Of a stretch of 64,000 nt of DNA, positions 48,663 to 58,080 are shown in pieces (position 1 is the stretch's first letter; every line of letters begins with the position of its first letter). The notes beneath the pieces are model-generated. The model was not told the DNA's origin, searched no databases, and was given only the letters and a program-made list of their open reading frames with translations. The stretch is from IMG/VR virus record IMGVR_UViG_3300042562_001598, positions 62,001 through 126,000 of that record; one strand, written 5' to 3'. The position numbers and the translations under genes are program-made.

Positions 48663-49249
48663 TATAGTGTGCGATATTTTGTATAGTCAGTTGATGTTGG
48701 TTTTTCATTCTTAAAGTAATAGATTTCAACCTTATTACTATATCTTATTTTTTTATAATAACCATCAGGAACAACACCACCGGTTTTTAGTCTAATTGAT
48801 TTTAATGAGAATATACATTGGATTTCAACATATACCTTAAACTTTTGGGATAAGTCCCTCTCATGTTGTTCTAAAAGTCTCCAGGTGGTTCTATTTAATG
48901 TTTGTTCTTGTAACGAACAATTCAAGTATGAGAATGTTTTACGTAACATTTCTTTGGAACAATTAAAGTCGGCAGCCGCAGCCATATGACCTTTATCCCA
49001 TATATTGTTTTTATAATCCTTATCGTCTGATGTCTTTATACTATCATTAGTGTAGAAATCCATACCAGTTCTTGATACTTTACCATTCGGACATAATACA
49101 CTATATTTAACTAATTTTGGTTGTTCTAATACTTCAGAATATACAACCTCAAATATGTCACTTTTTACGGTAATATTATCTCTTAATTTCTTTTGAGAAT
49201 AAACGGATAAGGATAAAAGGGTTACTAAGGTTAAAAATATTGTTTTCAT
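48662..49249 (-). CDS. DNA/RNA non-specific endonuclease (NucA/EndoG-like) with signal peptide
   Basis: WDKGHMA, TFSYLN..LQ..LNR..WRLLE, VPDGYYK; N-terminal hydrophobic signal. Confidence 0.88.
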   Translation of the reverse strand: MKTIFLTLVTLLSLSVYSQKKLRDNITVKSDIFEVVYSEVLEQPKLVKYSVLCPNGKVSRTGMDFYTNDSIKTSDDKDYKNNIWDKGHMAAAADFNCSKEMLRKTFSYLNCSLQEQTLNRTTWRLLEQHERDLSQKFKVYVEIQCIFSLKSIRLKTGGVVPDGYYKKIRYSNKVEIYYFKNEKPTSTDYTKYRTL

Positions 49250-49297
49250 ATACATAAATATCGTCACTTCACTATATTTATTACTAAACTGATTGTA

Positions 49298-50908
49298 ATG
49301 AATTTAATAAAATCAATAAAAGCTTTAATAACTGAAGCGTCAAAGAAGAAAATCCTAATGGATAAACTTGGGTTTAATGAAAACCAAGCGGAAATGTTAG
49401 ATAGTTTATGTGGACCCTTAGCTGTATGGATGGGTAATAAATTACTTAAGTTTTTTTCTGATTATCATGGGGGTATGACTCAAGAATTAAACCCTGAAGA
49501 ATTAAAAAAGACATCAATTAATTTGGTTAATCAAAACAATTTAGTTCGCAGACAACGAGAACAAATAGTATCCATTATGGATTATATTAGAGTTGGGTTA
49601 GACGGAAATGTTTCAACGATTAAAGATTTATTTTATGATGAGTTATATAACGAATCAAATCAGTGGCATCAATCTTTGGGAACCAAAGATGGTGATATTA
49701 ATTATAAAGAAGAACATCCTATTGTTGTTGATTTTAGAAATGAAGATGGTCTTGGGTTTTATTGGGTTGATACAGAAACTAATGATTGTTCGGAAGAATC
49801 CCGGAGAATGGGACATTGTGGTAGAACAGATAGAAGTAATAGCGTTTATTCTTTGAGAGAATTTAAGAAACTTAAAGATAAATATACGATTAACAAAAGT
49901 CACTTGACTGCGGCGATTGGTGATAGAGATGGTATATTATACCAATTAAAGGGTCCTCACAACTCAAAACCGAAAGAAGAATACCATAACTACATATTAC
50001 CATTGTTTTATGTTTTGGGGGGTGATGGTGGAGAAGCTGGATACTTAATTCAAGGGTTTGGTTCAGAATATCAAAGTCAAGAAGATTTCAAGCTTACTGA
50101 TTTACCTGAAGAGGTGCTAAAATCATTATATAGTAATAGACCTGAATTGTTTAACACAAGAAGTTTAAAGAACAAATTAGCAGAATTAGGTCTTATAGAA
50201 AAACCTGAGTACGATTATAATGTAACCATTGATATTGACCCAGGTCGTCTTTCATATTATATTGATGGTGATTATAAAGTGGGAAGTTATAAAAAGAAAA
50301 CACCTGCTGGTAATGATTATAGTGTTGATGTTTTTTTATTTGATAAAATAATGGGTGGTGATACCTGGGAATTTTGTGGTTCAGATTCTGATGATTGGTC
50401 TGGTGCTCTACAATATTATGTGAATAGTGAAAACGAAAAGCGAATTGAGGAAATGGTTAAGGAAATGGCTTCAAGTAATAATCCAGATTTTGATGAGGAT
50501 GAATTTAACGAATTAAGTCTTGATGAAAAAATTGAGGAATATGATGAAGATTACGATATTAGAAACGCTTTAAACAGGGCTTATGATGATGCTTGTTGTA
50601 GTGAATATACTGATTATTTGTATGATACATTAAGAGGTGCGGTTGAGGAGTATGGTAAGATTATTAGATTTGATGATGAACGAGTTATTTTTGAGGTTAA
50701 TATAGAAAGTTATATAAATGAACTTGATGATGAGATTTTTGACGAACATCTTGAAAACTGTAATGATGATTTAGCATGTGTTTTTGAGGAGATGATTGGT
50801 CAAGGTGATGTTGATAAACCTGAATATAGTACTGACGACCGGTGGTCTCCGGATATTGATTATGGAAACTATAATGAAATATTGAGTGACCGACTATCGG
50901 ATATATAA
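49298..50908 (+). CDS. PcfJ-like domain protein with leader and acidic C-terminus
   Basis: EESRRMGHCG, VYSLRE, SHLTAAI, YQLKGPHNSKP; leader MNLIKSIKALITEA; TATTTAT at 49275. Confidence 0.65.
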   Translation: MNLIKSIKALITEASKKKILMDKLGFNENQAEMLDSLCGPLAVWMGNKLLKFFSDYHGGMTQELNPEELKKTSINLVNQNNLVRRQREQIVSIMDYIRVGLDGNVSTIKDLFYDELYNESNQWHQSLGTKDGDINYKEEHPIVVDFRNEDGLGFYWVDTETNDCSEESRRMGHCGRTDRSNSVYSLREFKKLKDKYTINKSHLTAAIGDRDGILYQLKGPHNSKPKEEYHNYILPLFYVLGGDGGEAGYLIQGFGSEYQSQEDFKLTDLPEEVLKSLYSNRPELFNTRSLKNKLAELGLIEKPEYDYNVTIDIDPGRLSYYIDGDYKVGSYKKKTPAGNDYSVDVFLFDKIMGGDTWEFCGSDSDDWSGALQYYVNSENEKRIEEMVKEMASSNNPDFDEDEFNELSLDEKIEEYDEDYDIRNALNRAYDDACCSEYTDYLYDTLRGAVEEYGKIIRFDDERVIFEVNIESYINELDDEIFDEHLENCNDDLACVFEEMIGQGDVDKPEYSTDDRWSPDIDYGNYNEILSDRLSDI

Positions 50909-51040
50909 TTTGACTTTCAACTAAAATTGATTATTATTCTTCTTCATTAAAGAAATGATTATGGAAAGAGAATATAGAAAAGGAACAATTTTTTTAGTAA
51001 GTTTAATGATTATTATAATAACAACTTTACTCATAATATT

Positions 51041-51262
51041 ATGAAATATTTGATAAATACAAAAGACAAAACAATAACCCTATTGGATAGTGGTGATAAT
51101 CTTACAGATGTTAAGGGTTTATTGGAAACCTTCAAGGACTATACTTTGACACCAAATATTGATAATACGGAGAATAAAACGACTATTAAACCTAAAAAAA
51201 TACATCCAGTATCATATAGAGAAGGTTATATTGATGGTATTCAGTCAGTTGTAGGTAATTAG
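51041..51262 (+). CDS. Hypothetical protein; C-terminus shared with 51579..51875
   Basis: Ends YREGYIDGIQSVVGN. Confidence 0.55.
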   Translation: MKYLINTKDKTITLLDSGDNLTDVKGLLETFKDYTLTPNIDNTENKTTIKPKKIHPVSYREGYIDGIQSVVGN

Positions 51263-51486
51263 AATTTTTTTTATAAAATAATTCACTTTTGTTTTGGTGG
51301 AATGGAATTTAATTGTATTTTTGTGGTGTAGAAATGAAACAACAACCATAAAAAAAATATAGAAATTATGAAAACTACTACCTTCACAATGCAAGAAATC
51401 TGGATGGCTTCAAGACCAAATGTTCAAAAGAACAAAAAGAAGTATGTGAGAAAAGATAAACACAAAAAAAACGAGAAATAATAATG
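51219..51486 (+). repeat. Direct repeat copy 1 (268 bp)
   Basis: Near-identical to 51832..52098 (4 substitutions and a 1-nt A-run indel seen). Confidence 0.95.
51368..51481 (+). CDS. 37-aa basic peptide, ArfA-like, copy 1
   Basis: MKTTTFTMQEIWMASRPNVQKNKKKYVRKDKHKKNEK after TTTG-N19-TAttTTTG. Confidence 0.55.
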   Translation: MKTTTFTMQEIWMASRPNVQKNKKKYVRKDKHKKNEK

Positions 51487-51578
51487 AACAAGTAAAAAAA
51501 GTTATTGAAACATTGCAAGCACTAATTCAATAATTTTATGTTTTATACACCTTGTTATGTTTAGTTAATTTTAATAAT

Positions 51579-51875
51579 ATGGATTTTACTGGAGCATATA
51601 AACATTATAATGAACAATTAAAAGAAAGATTTAATTCTGAAATCAGTATTGAAGAGTATATTAATACTCGTGTATTTAAACGGACATTAAAGAAAAAATA
51701 CGTTGGTAAATATGTAAGATACTTATTTGGTGATATTGTAAATGTTTATTATGTTACGAAAAAATTTGAGTATCCAATAACTGTATATAAATTAGATAGA
51801 TTTAACAAAGGTAAGATATTACGGACTTACCGAGAAGGTTATATTGATGGTATCCAGTCAATTGTAGGTAATTAG
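51579..51875 (+). CDS. Hypothetical protein; C-terminus shared with 51041..51262
   Basis: Ends YREGYIDGIQSIVGN. Confidence 0.55.
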   Translation: MDFTGAYKHYNEQLKERFNSEISIEEYINTRVFKRTLKKKYVGKYVRYLFGDIVNVYYVTKKFEYPITVYKLDRFNKGKILRTYREGYIDGIQSIVGN

Positions 51876-52098
51876 AATTTTTTTTATAAAATAATTCACT
51901 TTTGTTTTGGTGGAATGAAATTTAGTTGTATTTTTGTGGTGTAGAAATGAAACAACAACCATAAAAAAATATAGAAATTATGAAAACTACTACCTTCACA
52001 ATGCAAGAAATCTGGATGGCTTCAAGACCAAATGTTCAAAAGAACAAAAAGAAGTATGTGAGAAAAGATAAACACAAAAAAAACGAGAAATAATAATG
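51832..52098 (+). repeat. Direct repeat copy 2 (267 bp)
   Basis: Near-identical to 51219..51486. Confidence 0.95.
51980..52093 (+). CDS. 37-aa basic peptide, ArfA-like, copy 2
   Basis: Identical peptide to 51368..51481. Confidence 0.55.
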   Translation: MKTTTFTMQEIWMASRPNVQKNKKKYVRKDKHKKNEK

Positions 52099-52374
52099 GC
52101 AACATTAGAAACTCAATATAGGAACTATTTATTAGATAATCCTAATTCTCAAATAACTTTTGAGCAATGGAAAAGTGATATATTGATGCCCCCAATTAAA
52201 GTTACCTTAAAGGACATAGATAAGAAGTTAAAAGAAGATTTCTTACGGTCAAAGGGTTGGTCAACTGTATGGCATGATGACAATTGGGTTGATAATCAAA
52301 ATCCTGATTTAGTTGGGACGACATTAGACAAGGCTTATCAATATGCTAAAGAGAATTTAGACTTATATATGTAA
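52096..52374 (+). CDS. Hypothetical protein
   Basis: 92-aa ORF. Confidence 0.6.
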   Translation: MATLETQYRNYLLDNPNSQITFEQWKSDILMPPIKVTLKDIDKKLKEDFLRSKGWSTVWHDDNWVDNQNPDLVGTTLDKAYQYAKENLDLYM

Positions 52375-52402
52375 GTCATAACAAGTTAAAAAAAAATAGA
52401 AG

Positions 52403-52648
52403 ATGAGTAAACCAATTTTTATTGTTAGATTTCCTTATTACACTAGTGAGGAGAATGCGTTGAAACAGATTACACAAATAAAACAAAGTAACATCAGTGA
52501 GGAGTATAACATTTTGGGTATTAAGGATGATACTTTAGATGGTGGTGTTAAATTTGAGTGTTATAATTCTGAGTATACAGAAATTGAGTTTAAGGCGTTA
52601 GAGGAGCGAGTTTTAACCCTTATGGATAAAACTGATGATGTAATATAG
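52403..52648 (+). CDS. Hypothetical protein
   Basis: 81-aa ORF. Confidence 0.6.
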   Translation: MSKPIFIVRFPYYTSEENALKQITQIKQSNISEEYNILGIKDDTLDGGVKFECYNSEYTEIEFKALEERVLTLMDKTDDVI

Positions 52649-52650
52649 TA

Positions 52651-52833
52651 ATGGAAGAATTAGATAAGCATGACGCCTACAATTGGATTGTAGGTGTTAT
52701 TCGTTCTTGCGATACGCTGGAACAATTTGAAACTACTGAGAATTTGGTTTTAAACTTTAATAATTTATTTCAGGACGAGGTATTATATAATGAGTTAATG
52801 GAAATGTTGGACTATTATAAGATAAAAGAATAA
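52651..52833 (+). CDS. Hypothetical protein
   Basis: 60-aa ORF. Confidence 0.55.
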   Translation: MEELDKHDAYNWIVGVIRSCDTLEQFETTENLVLNFNNLFQDEVLYNELMEMLDYYKIKE

Positions 52834-52834
52834 T

Positions 52835-52996
52835 ATGAGAAGATTGTTGTGTTTTTTAGGGTTCCATAATTGGAGAAATATTCAGAATGAGAAACCTGAT
52901 GCTATTGATGGTGAGAAAATACATTATGTTAATTTACATATTTGTGAGGGATGTGATAAATATTCTGGTAAATATATGGGTTATGTTACAAAATAA
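52835..52996 (+). CDS. Small DUF1660-like Cys/His protein (not in ORF track)
   Basis: MRRLLCFLGFHNW...ICEGCDK. Confidence 0.55.
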   Translation: MRRLLCFLGFHNWRNIQNEKPDAIDGEKIHYVNLHICEGCDKYSGKYMGYVTK

Positions 52997-53004
52997 TAGA
53001 AATT

Positions 53005-53397
53005 ATGAAAGTGATTATCACTGAAAGACAAAGAAAACTATTATCCGAAGACGAGGATAGAGATTTTTTAGTTAAGAAAAAAATTGCAAAAAAAGAATTA
53101 ACAAAACGCTTTGGTGATTTGATACCTTATGAGACCAAAGATATTCCTGATTACTTTTTTTATATTGATGAAAATAAAAATATTTATTTTGAGTGTAATA
53201 AAAAAAATGGTGAAGTCTGGGTAGATAATAAAACAATTAGGTCATTTTTAAAAGAAATTTTTTCATTTAATTACAAACAAATTCAACAGGTTATAAAAGA
53301 ATGGTTGGGAGAACATTACAAATTAGATGTGACAAAAACCATCAGGTCTCCCAATACTGTGCATCAATATGTTGCGAGAACATTACAAAATAAATAA
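53005..53397 (+). CDS. Hypothetical protein with MKVIITERQ leader (family with 46820, 9955)
   Basis: IAKKELTK(R/K)FGDLI...FYIDE...KEWL.EHY.L shared with 46820. Confidence 0.65.
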   Translation: MKVIITERQRKLLSEDEDRDFLVKKKIAKKELTKRFGDLIPYETKDIPDYFFYIDENKNIYFECNKKNGEVWVDNKTIRSFLKEIFSFNYKQIQQVIKEWLGEHYKLDVTKTIRSPNTVHQYVARTLQNK

Positions 53398-53404
53398 TTG
53401 ATAT

Positions 53405-53779
53405 ATGAATAGATTACCTGAAGGGGTTAAGAATTACCTAATTGATTTAGATGGGACTGTATGTGATGACATCCCCAATGAGGAGGCTTATAAGATGGCT
53501 ACGGCTAAAGTTTATCCTGGTGCTTTAGAGACATTAAATAAATGGTATGATGAGGGTCATATTATAACTTTTTTTACCTCTAGAACTGAAGAACATCGTG
53601 AGATGACTGAGACCTGGTTGAAAGAACATGGGTTTAAGTATCACGGGATGGTTATGAATAAACCTAGGTTTGGTAATTATCACTGGATTGATAATCATAT
53701 TGTAAGGGCTACTAGATATAATGGTGTGTGGTCTGACTTAGTTGAAAAGGAAATGAAGATTGAAGTTTTCAACGAATAA
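53405..53779 (+). CDS. HAD-superfamily phosphatase (capless)
   Basis: IDLDGT, FTSR, KP, WIDN motifs. Confidence 0.8.
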   Translation: MNRLPEGVKNYLIDLDGTVCDDIPNEEAYKMATAKVYPGALETLNKWYDEGHIITFFTSRTEEHREMTETWLKEHGFKYHGMVMNKPRFGNYHWIDNHIVRATRYNGVWSDLVEKEMKIEVFNE

Positions 53780-53799
53780 ACGGAATTAATAATTAAAAA

Positions 53800-53946
53800 A
53801 TGACTTGGAGAATTGAAAAAAGTGAGTATGATTGGCGAGTAGTTTATGACGAAAAGACTAATAAAAATGTGGTTGAGATTGGTGCTCCATCAATGTATAT
53901 GATTACTAAGGAGATGTTTTACGCTAAACAAAAATATGTTAATTAA
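53800..53946 (+). CDS. Hypothetical 48-aa protein (not in ORF track)
   Basis: MTWRIEKSEYDWRVVYDEK...; TAATG coupling to the next gene. Confidence 0.5.
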   Translation: MTWRIEKSEYDWRVVYDEKTNKNVVEIGAPSMYMITKEMFYAKQKYVN

Positions 53947-54152
53947 TGTCAAAAAAAACTAAATATCTGATTTTATCTATTTGTATTATTGTTGTATTGT
54001 ATATTGCAAATTACCAAAGGGGTACTTGGTTTGAGTGGATATTAATAATTCCTACAATATATCTTATGTATTTCTTATTTACTCAGTTGAGTACAATCTT
54101 ACTAATTGGATATTATAAACTTAAAAATAAAATTAATAGAAGAAAATTATGA
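53946..54152 (+). CDS. Small two-TM membrane protein
   Basis: Two hydrophobic helices; architecture like 54149. Confidence 0.55.
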   Translation: MSKKTKYLILSICIIVVLYIANYQRGTWFEWILIIPTIYLMYFLFTQLSTILLIGYYKLKNKINRRKL

Positions 54153-54340
54153 AAGCAAATTTATTTATTACTTTAGGTTGTTTTATATCAATACTAGGGT
54201 TATCCTTTTTTCAAGAAGAAGAATGGTTTAGTTATGTAATTATTTTTCCTTTTTTGTATATCATTTATACATTTATAATTGGAATGATTTCATGGGTAAA
54301 CAGAACTATTGAAAGATATAAAGAAGAAAAAAACAAATAA
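54149..54340 (+). CDS. Small two-TM membrane protein
   Basis: Two hydrophobic helices; WF..IIxP.xY pattern shared with 53946. Confidence 0.55.
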   Translation: MKANLFITLGCFISILGLSFFQEEEWFSYVIIFPFLYIIYTFIIGMISWVNRTIERYKEEKNK

Positions 54341-54810
54341 TGAGAAAACTTATTAAACAGGGAAATCACATCAGTAATTACATCCCCAAGTTAACATTCT
54401 CAAATAGTATAAAAGGTTTTGTAACCTTTGAGGGTGATTTTTCATATACAATTGAAAAACAGAAAGACACCAATAAGTTAATTGGGTTATCTGATAACTG
54501 GTCTCACCATAAAGATAGTATCCGGATAGGATGGAGATGGAATACTAAAAGTGAATGTCTCGAATTGATGTCAATACTATATAGTGGTGGTAAACGAGAG
54601 ATAAACTCTTTAATGTTATTACCTAATAACAAAAATGTTACAATTAATTATGAAGTTGAGATTTTACCCGAACATTATAGTATTACTATTAATGGAAGTA
54701 ATTTCTTAATTGATAGAACATCAAGTTGGTGTTTTATAAGAGTTGTGTTACAACCTTATTTTGGAGGAACCACTGTGGCTCCAAAAGATTTTAAGTTTAA
54801 TTTCTTTTAA
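54340..54810 (+). CDS. Hypothetical beta-rich protein
   Basis: NKLIGLSD...HHKDSIRIGWRW...PYFGG. Confidence 0.6.
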   Translation: MRKLIKQGNHISNYIPKLTFSNSIKGFVTFEGDFSYTIEKQKDTNKLIGLSDNWSHHKDSIRIGWRWNTKSECLELMSILYSGGKREINSLMLLPNNKNVTINYEVEILPEHYSITINGSNFLIDRTSSWCFIRVVLQPYFGGTTVAPKDFKFNFF

Positions 54811-54891
54811 AAAATAACAAATAATTTTAACCCGGAGGTATTTAATCTTTGGGTTTTTTTATTTATATTTAATTATTAAAAATATATATAT

Positions 54892-55866
54892 ATGGGTAAT
54901 AAAACATTAAAGGTGGTTAGTTTATTTTCAGGGTACGGAACACAAGAATTGGCTCTGAAATATCTTGGGGTTAACTATGAGAATATTGCTAATTGTGATA
55001 TCTTAAAATCGGCTAATGAAGCTTACGATAGTTTACATACTACAGAGTGTGGTAACTTGGGGGATGTGTCAAAGATTGATGAAACACAATTCCCGGATTG
55101 TGATTTCTTAACATATTCATTCCCATGTCAGGATATCTCAATCTCTGGTGTTCAGAAAGGTATTAAAAAAGGAACTAGGTCAGGTTTATTATTTGAGGTT
55201 GAACGAATCGTTGAATACAATAAACCAAAGTATTTGTTAATGGAGAATGTTAAGAACTTGGTATCAAAAAACCATATTGAAGCGTTTTCTGAATACATTC
55301 GTAATTTGGAAGAATTGGGTTATGGAAATCACTGGATGATATTAAACGGAGCTGATTATGGTTGCCCCCAAAATAGAGAAAGGGTTTTTATGTTTTCTGT
55401 ATTGGGTGAGAGTAATGAGGTTGTTCGTGAAAAAATGTTGGGGGTCTTGAACCTTAAGGAAGAAAGGGTTCCGATGAAATGTTATATTGAGGATGATGCT
55501 GATGAAAAGTTATTTATCAATCCCCCATTTGAGTGGAATGATTCCAAGGTAAAGTCGGTGTGTAAATTAATTGCTAGAAGAAGTGATATTAAGTATGACC
55601 AGACCCGTAGGATATATTCAACTGAAGCTTGTTCTCCTTGTTTAACAACATCGGGTTCACCTCAGATAATGTTGGAGGATAAGAGAATAAGAACATTAAC
55701 TGCAAGGGAAGGTTATCGTTTTATGGGTGTTAAAGATGAGGATATTGATAAGTTATTGACAACCAAATTATCAACCAATCAACATATTGCTTTGGCTGGT
55801 AACTCAATATGTGTTCCGGTTATGAGTGCAATATTCCAACAATTCTTTGAGGAATATCAAAACTAA
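54892..55866 (+). CDS. dcm: C5-cytosine DNA methyltransferase
   Basis: LFSGYG (I), SFPCQD (IV), MENV (VI), QNRERV (VIII), AGNS (X). Confidence 0.92.
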   Translation: MGNKTLKVVSLFSGYGTQELALKYLGVNYENIANCDILKSANEAYDSLHTTECGNLGDVSKIDETQFPDCDFLTYSFPCQDISISGVQKGIKKGTRSGLLFEVERIVEYNKPKYLLMENVKNLVSKNHIEAFSEYIRNLEELGYGNHWMILNGADYGCPQNRERVFMFSVLGESNEVVREKMLGVLNLKEERVPMKCYIEDDADEKLFINPPFEWNDSKVKSVCKLIARRSDIKYDQTRRIYSTEACSPCLTTSGSPQIMLEDKRIRTLTAREGYRFMGVKDEDIDKLLTTKLSTNQHIALAGNSICVPVMSAIFQQFFEEYQN

Positions 55867-55947
55867 AAAAAATGTGATAATATTAATCCCTGGACTTGTA
55901 GTTTGGGGATTTTTTATTTATATTTGTAGAGAAAAAAATATACAGTT

Positions 55948-56178
55948 ATGAAAAAAGAAAAACCAATATTGGAGAAACATACTAGAAAATCAATATCTGC
56001 GGGATTGAGACAATTTGATTTTTTAGCTAAAGACGATGATTTTATTGAAGTTACTCAATGGACTAATGGGGAAGGTTTTGATATTAATATTTCTTCTCAA
56101 GGTGAAAAGTATATTGCAATTACATACGGAGAATTTAAAGCAATTAAAGAAATGATTAAACAACTAAATAAAGAATAA
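55948..56178 (+). CDS. Hypothetical protein
   Basis: FIEVTQWTNGEGFDI; TAtaTTTG upstream. Confidence 0.6.
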   Translation: MKKEKPILEKHTRKSISAGLRQFDFLAKDDDFIEVTQWTNGEGFDINISSQGEKYIAITYGEFKAIKEMIKQLNKE

Positions 56179-56179
56179 G

Positions 56180-56512
56180 ATGAGCGGAGGCAGATGGGAT
56201 TATATTCAATATAGATTTATTGATATAACAGAAGATATTGAAAAACTTATTGAGATTAACGGTAAAGAAAAGACAAAAGAAGAGTTGAAAGAGGAATCTT
56301 GGAGAGACCCTGATTGGTATGAAAAATACCCTGAAGATAATTTCCATACTGAATATCCGGAAGAAGTTATTGAGGAGTTTAAGAAAGGTCTTGAGGTTAT
56401 TAAACAAGCTCAAATATATATTCAACGACTTGATTGGTTATTATCCGGTGATGACGGTGAGGAATCATTCTTAAGAAGATTGAAAGAAGATATAAACGAT
56501 TTAAACAAATAA
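56180..56512 (+). CDS. Hypothetical phage protein
   Basis: MSGGRWDY...DWLLSGDDGEESF. Confidence 0.65.
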   Translation: MSGGRWDYIQYRFIDITEDIEKLIEINGKEKTKEELKEESWRDPDWYEKYPEDNFHTEYPEEVIEEFKKGLEVIKQAQIYIQRLDWLLSGDDGEESFLRRLKEDINDLNK

Positions 56513-56513
56513 T

Positions 56514-57149
56514 ATGAACAAATTATTAATATTATTGATTACGGTAGGTTGTATATCCTTTATAACACCTAATAAAAAAATATTATTTGTTGGAGATTCT
56601 ATCACAACTATTGAACATAAAGGGATTGTTATCAAATCTAATTACCCCTACTTAATAAAAAGAGAATTACGACCAAAAGGTATTGGAGTTGATGTTGTTG
56701 CAATTGGAGGTAAGAGAACAAAGTGGATGTTAGATAACCTAATTGTGAAACTAAAAACCAACAAATATGATAGGGTCTATATTTACGGGGGAATCAACGA
56801 TATGTTTAGTGGTGTTTCAGAAAAAGCTGCATTAAACAACATTCAGAAGATGGTGGATGTTGTTAATAAAAGTGGGTCGGATGCGTTTGTAATTGTTGGG
56901 TATGATGCTAAGTATTTTATGGATAGTGATAAACTAAGAAGAACTCCATATGTACCTACAAAATTAGGAATGATTGCTTTAAAAGACAAATATATTAGAT
57001 ATCAAAATTTAATACCTACAACAATTAAAAACGCGACAATTATTAAAAAATTTAATATATCTAGTAAACTAACGAAAGATGGTATTCATCCAACTGGTCG
57101 TGGTCAAAGAATAATCGCAACTAACATATTAAAAACTATAAACAATTAA
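56514..57149 (+). CDS. SGNH/GDSL hydrolase with signal peptide
   Basis: FVGDSIT, GG, GGIND and DGIHP blocks. Confidence 0.88.
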   Translation: MNKLLILLITVGCISFITPNKKILFVGDSITTIEHKGIVIKSNYPYLIKRELRPKGIGVDVVAIGGKRTKWMLDNLIVKLKTNKYDRVYIYGGINDMFSGVSEKAALNNIQKMVDVVNKSGSDAFVIVGYDAKYFMDSDKLRRTPYVPTKLGMIALKDKYIRYQNLIPTTIKNATIIKKFNISSKLTKDGIHPTGRGQRIIATNILKTINN

Positions 57150-57150
57150 A

Positions 57151-57993
57151 ATGAACAAATTAAAATTAATATTTAAGGAGAATTGGGTTGCAATATTATT
57201 CTCTTATGGGTTATTCACAATGCAATCAATCTTTATGTTAATTTATCCCAAGGTCCTTGGTGTAACAATGGATAAGTTAATTGCCAAGGACTATTATTTT
57301 ATGTATTATCTATTGCTGACCTTTGCTGGGATGATGTTCTTCGGGTATGTTAGTAGAATTTATGATACCAGGGTGTTCTCAAAGATATATAGAAACTTTG
57401 CATCAGTTGAAACTAATAAACAATATGAGAATGATGTTGATACCACCAAAATAAACGGAAGGGTGAATTTAATGTCAAGTGTTATTTCCTTCTTTGAGAG
57501 GGATATGTTTATGATAATGAATAGTATATATGGGGTTTTGGTTTCAGTATATTTCATATCCTTGGTTGATATTACAATGGTTGGTTATTTAGTTATTAGT
57601 GCTGTTTTAACATTAGGAGTGACTTATTACTATTCACCTAAAATAGCTAAGATAACGATGCTCAATAATGATTTATCTGAAGAACAGACCGATGTTATAT
57701 CCTCAAGAAAAATATCACTGGTTAATGACTTTTTACATAGAGGTCAAAAGTTGAAAATAAAATTATCAAACCTGGATGCGAAGTTTTCTTTATTAATCCA
57801 AATCATTGCCTACGGAACCGTAACATCATTAATTACTTATTATGTTATATCAAATAATGTAACAGTTGGGGGAGCGTTTTCAACATATAGATACCTGTTT
57901 GACTTCTGTATCGCAATTGCAAGTGTTCCATCAATTATTGAATCGTTCATCAATATAAAAGATGTTATTAAAAGACTGGAAACAGAAAATTAA
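57151..57993 (+). CDS. ABC transporter six-TM domain protein (no ATPase domain)
   Basis: About six TM helices, YPKVLG..MD, RIYDTRVFSKIY, FFERD. Confidence 0.65.
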   Translation: MNKLKLIFKENWVAILFSYGLFTMQSIFMLIYPKVLGVTMDKLIAKDYYFMYYLLLTFAGMMFFGYVSRIYDTRVFSKIYRNFASVETNKQYENDVDTTKINGRVNLMSSVISFFERDMFMIMNSIYGVLVSVYFISLVDITMVGYLVISAVLTLGVTYYYSPKIAKITMLNNDLSEEQTDVISSRKISLVNDFLHRGQKLKIKLSNLDAKFSLLIQIIAYGTVTSLITYYVISNNVTVGGAFSTYRYLFDFCIAIASVPSIIESFINIKDVIKRLETEN

Positions 57994-58080
57994 AAAAAAA
58001 TAAAAATAAATTAGGATTATATTGTAAAAAAGAATTACATTTGTCATGTGATAATTAAGTCTAAAAAAAAAACAAAGGTT

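Noticed and set aside
51219-52098. DGR template/variable repeat pair
   Set aside because: Only 4 substitutions, not confined to adenines of one copy, and no reverse transcriptase in the window
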